Source of the DNA: Thermodesulfobium acidiphilum | Lineage (GTDB): Bacteria > Thermodesulfobiota > Thermodesulfobiia > Thermodesulfobiales > Thermodesulfobiaceae | NCBI RefSeq assembly: GCF_003057965.1 | Contig: NZ_CP020921.1 | Span: 514,916-546,915 of the forward strand | Direction: 5' to 3' | Length of the DNA: 32,000 nt | In this document: positions 27,879 to 32,000 of the stretch, in pieces | How positions within the stretch are numbered: position 1 is the stretch's first letter | Layout: each line of letters starts with the position of its first letter | Translations under genes and position numbers: made by a program | The notes under the pieces: model-generated | The model's input: the letters and a program-made list of their open reading frames with translations, nothing else | Database searches by the model: none | Told to the model about the DNA's origin: nothing

Positions 27879-28903
27879 AAATAGATTTACATGTACTTGA
27901 ACAGTTAGAAAAAGAAAAGGGTGTTTCTTTGCCTGCTATGGTATCTGCTTTGGAATCGGCTCTTTTAGCTTCATATAAAAAATATTATCCATCAAAGAAT
28001 GTTACTTTAAAAATAATTCCTGACAGTGGAGTTTTAGAAATAGTAGTTAAAAAAACTGTTGTTGATAAAGTTAATAACATCTTTGATGAAATATCCCTTG
28101 CACAAGCTAGGGAGATCGATCCTAAAATTAATATTGGCGAAACTATAGAAGTACAGGTAGATCCTAAAAATTTTGGTAGAATTGCTGCTTTAACAGCGAA
28201 ACAAGTTTGGCAACAAAAAATAAAAGAAGCCGAAAGAGATGCTGTTTATGAAGAATTTAAAGATAGGGTCTTTGGCGTTATTTCTGGAAAGATTTTAAGG
28301 TCTGAAGGAAAGAATTGGATAGTACAGCTTGGAAGAGCTGAAGGGATATTGCCTCAAAAAGAAACAGTTTTTCAAGACAAATATAGCATTAACGAAAGAT
28401 ACGTTTTTTACGTTTTATCGGTTAAAAAGCAGAAAAAAGACGTTGAAATAATTTTATCTAGAAGTCATCCAAATCTGGTTAAAAGGATATTTGAGCTTGA
28501 ATCGGCTGAAATTAGATCTGGTATTGTAGAGATAGTGTCAATAGCTAGAGATCCTGGTAGTAGAACTAAAATAGCAGTTTTATCACGGGATCCTCATGTT
28601 GATCCATTAGGAGTTTGCTTGGGATTGAGGAATTCCAGGATACAAAATGTCACAAGAGAGCTTAGGGGAGAAAAAATTGATGTAATTTTATACAATCCAG
28701 ATCCAAAAATTTATATAGCAAGTGCCCTTTCCCCTGCTAAAATTAGAAGGGTAGAAATATTGGATCAGGTTAAAAAAGAATCAAGAGTATATGTCGATAA
28801 ATCACAGCTTTCTTTGGCAATTGGAAAAGATGCGCAAAATGTAAGATTAGCACATAAATTAACTGGTTATAAAATTGATATTAAAATAGAAGAACAGCTT
28901 TAG
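27875..28903 (+). CDS. nusA: Transcription termination/antitermination factor NusA
   Basis: The N-terminal domain is followed by an S1 domain (VISGKILRSEGKNWIVQLGRAEGILP) and two KH domains (RDPGSRTKIAV...DPLGVCLG, LAIGKDAQNVRLAHKLTGYKIDI). The 342-aa product has no C-terminal AR repeats. Confidence 0.95.
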   Translation: MKIDLHVLEQLEKEKGVSLPAMVSALESALLASYKKYYPSKNVTLKIIPDSGVLEIVVKKTVVDKVNNIFDEISLAQAREIDPKINIGETIEVQVDPKNFGRIAALTAKQVWQQKIKEAERDAVYEEFKDRVFGVISGKILRSEGKNWIVQLGRAEGILPQKETVFQDKYSINERYVFYVLSVKKQKKDVEIILSRSHPNLVKRIFELESAEIRSGIVEIVSIARDPGSRTKIAVLSRDPHVDPLGVCLGLRNSRIQNVTRELRGEKIDVILYNPDPKIYIASALSPAKIRRVEILDQVKKESRVYVDKSQLSLAIGKDAQNVRLAHKLTGYKIDIKIEEQL

Positions 28904-28904
28904 T

Positions 28905-29189
28905 ATGATTAAAGAACATAGAAAGTGTATTTTTTGCGGAAGAATTCTTCCAAAAAAAGATATGATTAGAGTTGCAAAGGTTAAAGATAAAGGTTTAATT
29001 GTGGATTATGAAAAGAAAAATATTGGAAGAGGCTGTTATATTTGTTTCTCATGTATAAGTTCTAGTAATTTTAAGAAAAAAAACATAATTGCAAGATCTC
29101 TTAAAACAAATGTAGACACAAAGATCTATAATGAAATTGAAAGATATTTTAAAAATATAATAATACAAAGTCGAGGAGGTGAGCGCTGA
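28905..29189 (+). CDS. ylxR: YlxR/RnpM-family RNA-binding protein (DUF448)
   Basis: Pattern: RKCIFCGR..PKKDMIRV.....D...K..GRGCYIC.SC. It occupies the canonical position between nusA and infB. Confidence 0.8.
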   Translation: MIKEHRKCIFCGRILPKKDMIRVAKVKDKGLIVDYEKKNIGRGCYICFSCISSSNFKKKNIIARSLKTNVDTKIYNEIERYFKNIIIQSRGGER

Positions 29190-31241
29190 TTGAAAAGAAT
29201 ATATGAACTTGCAAGAGAACTGGGCGTTTCTTCTAAAAAAGTAATGGAAATACTTTCTGGTTTGGGGGTAACTGTTAAGTCTTCTTTGTCTTCTGTGGCA
29301 GAAGAAGAAGAGTTTATGGTTAGATCTACTATTGAAGCTGAAGATAAAGTTGAAGCTACTAAAGAAACTGAAAAAGTTGAGGTTGATAGGAAGATCTTGC
29401 AAAAAGAGGATATGACTAAAGTTGTTGTAGCAGAACAGCCTGAAGTTGCAGTTCAAGAAAAAGAATCTCAGATAAGTGAAGAGCCAAAAGTTGAGGAAAA
29501 AAAGATTTTATATATATCAGATGGCATGACTCCGAGAGAGATTGCACAAAAGATCAATGTTAAAGAGAGCGAAGTCATAAAAAAATTAATAAAGCTCAAA
29601 ACACTTGCAACTATAAATCAAGCTTTAAATATAAGCCTTATCGAGAGAGTAGTAAGTGAATTTGGTTATGAACCAAAGTTAAAAGAGGAAGAATCTTTAA
29701 CTTTTGAAGAGAGTGAAATTGAAAACGAAGCCGATCTCAAACCCAGACCCCCAATTGTTACTGTTATGGGTCATGTAGATCATGGCAAAACAACGCTTTT
29801 AGATAAAATTCAAAAAACAAAAATTGCATCCAAGGAATTTCGTGGAATTACACAAAAGATTGGTGCATATCAAGTAGAAATTAGTGGCAAGAAAATTACC
29901 TTTATTGATACGCCAGGCCATGAAGCATTTACAGCTATGAGAGCAAGGGGTGCAAACGTTACTGATATTGTAATTTTGGTAGTGGCAGCTGATGATGGAG
30001 TAAAACCTCAAACTATTGAAGCAATTCAACATGCAAAAGCAGCGGGGGTCCAGATAATGGTTGCTATAAATAAAATTGATAAACCTGGGGCACAGCCAGA
30101 AAAGATAATGCAACAATTAACTGAATATGGTTTAATTCCTGAAGAATGGGGTGGGAAGACCATATTTGTTAAAGTCTCGGCTAAAACGGGAGAAGGTATA
30201 GACGAGCTTTTAGAAATGACATTGCTATTGGCAGAATTGATGGAATACAAAGCTAATCCGAAGACTTTAGCAAGAGGTCTGGTTTTGGAAGCGAAGTTGG
30301 ATAAAAATAGAGGTCCTGTAGCCACTATATTAGTTCAAAAAGGCACTTTAAAGGTAGGAGATTTTGTCTGTGTGGGTGCTGCTAGTGGAAGAATAAGAGC
30401 ATTAATTAATGACAGGGGTAAAAGATTAAAAGAAGCAGGACCTTCAACCCCTGTTGAGATACTCGGTATCAATATGGTTCCTGAAGCAGGAGATAATCTG
30501 ATTGCTGTAAAGAGTGATAAAGAAGCAAAATTAATGGCTGAAAAAATGCTTAATAAGAAAAAAGAATTACAAATGCAGAGGATGAAAAAACCAACTTTAT
30601 CCTGTTTTGTACAGGGTACAAATCTATCTGAAGTAAAAGAATTAAGGCTTATTTTGAAAGCTGATTCTCAAGGATCACTAGAGGCCATTCTTACATCTTT
30701 GGCGAAGATTAAAGAAGAGAATGTAACTATAAACATTCTATCGTCTGGAACGGGTGGAATTTCTGAATCTGATGTTATGCTTGCTTCTGCTTCTCAGGCT
30801 ATTATAATTGGCTTTAATGTAAGACCATCTAATACGGCTTTAAAGCTTGCTTCTGAGGAAGGTATTGATATTAGGACTTATAGGGTTATATATGATCTTA
30901 TTGAAGATATTTCGAAAGCCGTTAAGGGCTTGCTTCCGCCAAAATATGAAGAGACAATACTTGGAAGGGCTGAGGTTAGACAAACTTTTAAAGTTCCAAA
31001 AATAGGTCTTGTTGCAGGTTGTTATGTTGTGGACGGGAAGGTTACAAGAGATGCAAAGGTAAGAGTTTTGAGAGATAATGTTATTATTCATGAAGGCGAG
31101 TTGTCTTCTTTAAAGAGATTTAAAGATGACGTAAAAGAAGTGAATCAGGGATATGAATGTGGAATTTCGATAAAAGATTTTCACGATATAAAGGAAAACG
31201 ATATTTTTGAGATATATAAATTAGTAGAAGTAGCTTGTTAA
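29190..31241 (+). CDS. infB: Translation initiation factor IF-2
   Basis: N-terminus: [22 protein letters not shown]. GTPase motifs: [27 protein letters not shown] start immediately after the ylxR TGA, with GGAGGTGA upstream. Confidence 0.95.
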   Translation: MKRIYELARELGVSSKKVMEILSGLGVTVKSSLSSVAEEEEFMVRSTIEAEDKVEATKETEKVEVDRKILQKEDMTKVVVAEQPEVAVQEKESQISEEPKVEEKKILYISDGMTPREIAQKINVKESEVIKKLIKLKTLATINQALNISLIERVVSEFGYEPKLKEEESLTFEESEIENEADLKPRPPIVTVMGHVDHGKTTLLDKIQKTKIASKEFRGITQKIGAYQVEISGKKITFIDTPGHEAFTAMRARGANVTDIVILVVAADDGVKPQTIEAIQHAKAAGVQIMVAINKIDKPGAQPEKIMQQLTEYGLIPEEWGGKTIFVKVSAKTGEGIDELLEMTLLLAELMEYKANPKTLARGLVLEAKLDKNRGPVATILVQKGTLKVGDFVCVGAASGRIRALINDRGKRLKEAGPSTPVEILGINMVPEAGDNLIAVKSDKEAKLMAEKMLNKKKELQMQRMKKPTLSCFVQGTNLSEVKELRLILKADSQGSLEAILTSLAKIKEENVTINILSSGTGGISESDVMLASASQAIIIGFNVRPSNTALKLASEEGIDIRTYRVIYDLIEDISKAVKGLLPPKYEETILGRAEVRQTFKVPKIGLVAGCYVVDGKVTRDAKVRVLRDNVIIHEGELSSLKRFKDDVKEVNQGYECGISIKDFHDIKENDIFEIYKLVEVAC

Positions 31242-31347
31242 TATTTTTGAGTTTTATAGAATATAGTTAATTTGATTCAAAACTATTTTAAAAGTATTAA
31301 TTCAACTTTAAAGTTCTAGAAAATTTAAATTTAATTTAGTGATTATT

Positions 31348-31626
31348 ATGATAAGAACTTGTTTAATTGAATTTGAGCTTTATTTTCCATATATTGTTAG
31401 CATAAAAGAACATAGAAAAATTATGCAAGCAATTATTTCGGATATAAAAAAGCAAAATATTAGTGTGCTTGAAGTTCTTAATAAGAATATTAGATCAAGT
31501 ACTTTATATTTATCAGTGGTAAAAGAAAACGAAGTAGATATAAAAAGACTCTATGACTATTATGTTAATTTTTTCCTTGATAGACCTGATATTAGGCTTA
31601 TTTCATATAACATTGAAATTTATTAG
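31348..31626 (+). CDS. DUF503 protein (YlxP-like)
   Basis: The small protein lies between infB and rbfA, as ylxP does in Bacillus. It has the pattern L.IEF.L.....SIKEHRKIMQAIISDIKK..NISVLEV. The start is uncertain (GTG 31339 listed; ATG 31348 preferred). Confidence 0.6.
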   Translation: MIRTCLIEFELYFPYIVSIKEHRKIMQAIISDIKKQNISVLEVLNKNIRSSTLYLSVVKENEVDIKRLYDYYVNFFLDRPDIRLISYNIEIY

Positions 31627-31673
31627 ATCTAATCTATTTTCTGTTTTTACTCTTACAGGAGGTTTAAAATAAA

Positions 31674-32000
31674 ATGAGCGTAAAATCCGAAAGACTGAAA
31701 GAAACAATTAAGAAAGAACTTGCTATTTTATTGTACGAACTAAAGGACGTTCGTATTAAAAGTATGGTTTCTATAATGGAATTAGATATGTCGAGTGATC
31801 ACAAGAATATAAAAGTTTGGGTTAGCATATACGGAGATGAAAAATCAAAAGAAGAAACAATGAAAGGACTTGTTTCCGCATCAAGATTTTTGAGAGGAGA
31901 ACTGGCAAGAAGAATTGGTTTAAAGTATGCTCCACAAATTCTTTTTGCTATAGATAATTCCCTTGAAAGAGGAGATAAAATATTCGAAATACTAAGAAAA
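31674..32000 (+). CDS. rbfA: Ribosome-binding factor A (3' end runs off the window)
   Basis: This gene is not in the ORF track because it has no stop inside the window. ATG 31674 lies after ACAGGAGGT. My translation is MSVKSERLKETIKKELAILLYELKDVRIKSMVSIMELDMSSDHKNIKVWVSIYG...SRFLRGELARRIGLKYAPQILFAIDNSLERGDKI, a typical RbfA. Confidence 0.85.
   Translation, partial: MSVKSERLKETIKKELAILLYELKDVRIKSMVSIMELDMSSDHKNIKVWVSIYGDEKSKEETMKGLVSASRFLRGELARRIGLKYAPQILFAIDNSLERGDKIFEILRK

Overview
Visibly AT-rich (about two-thirds A+T by eye, not computed), very compact bacterial chromosomal segment. It holds about 38 protein genes, many with overlapping or abutting stop and start codons. I saw no rRNA, tRNA, CRISPR array, IS element or long repeat. 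All homology calls come from motif recognition and recalled sequences; no search was run. Most content is core housekeeping: a secretin 3' end, a polysaccharide deacetylase, Usp, rpsO-pnp-nth, a YqgF-like nuclease, dCMP deaminase, a WecA/TagO-like transferase with wecB, a LUD-domain protein, a complete F1Fo ATP synthase operon (atpZ-like, atpBEFHAGDC), murA, a phosphodiester-glycosidase-like protein, a phosphohexomutase, RNase J, and rimP-nusA-ylxR-infB-DUF503-rbfA. The part most worth attention is a translationally coupled minus-strand block (2035-7843). It encodes myo-inositol-1-phosphate synthase, a CDP-alcohol phosphatidyltransferase, two LpxL/PatA-type acyltransferases, a PimA-like GT4 glycosyltransferase and two paralogous PHP-domain phosphoesterases. 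This looks like an actinobacterial-style phosphatidylinositol-mannoside pathway in a low-GC genome, and the PHP proteins are candidates for the unassigned PIP-phosphatase step. Three conserved genes (second acyltransferase, murA, RNase J) have conserved N-termini encoded upstream of the first ATG/GTG/TTG. Two of them have a strong Shine-Dalgarno exactly 6 nt before a near-cognate codon (CTG, ATT). There are also two strand-specific leader structures: a 15-bp hairpin with a G.U/G-C step in the rpsO leader, and a perfect 22-bp palindrome plus U-tract in the rimP-nusA-infB leader.
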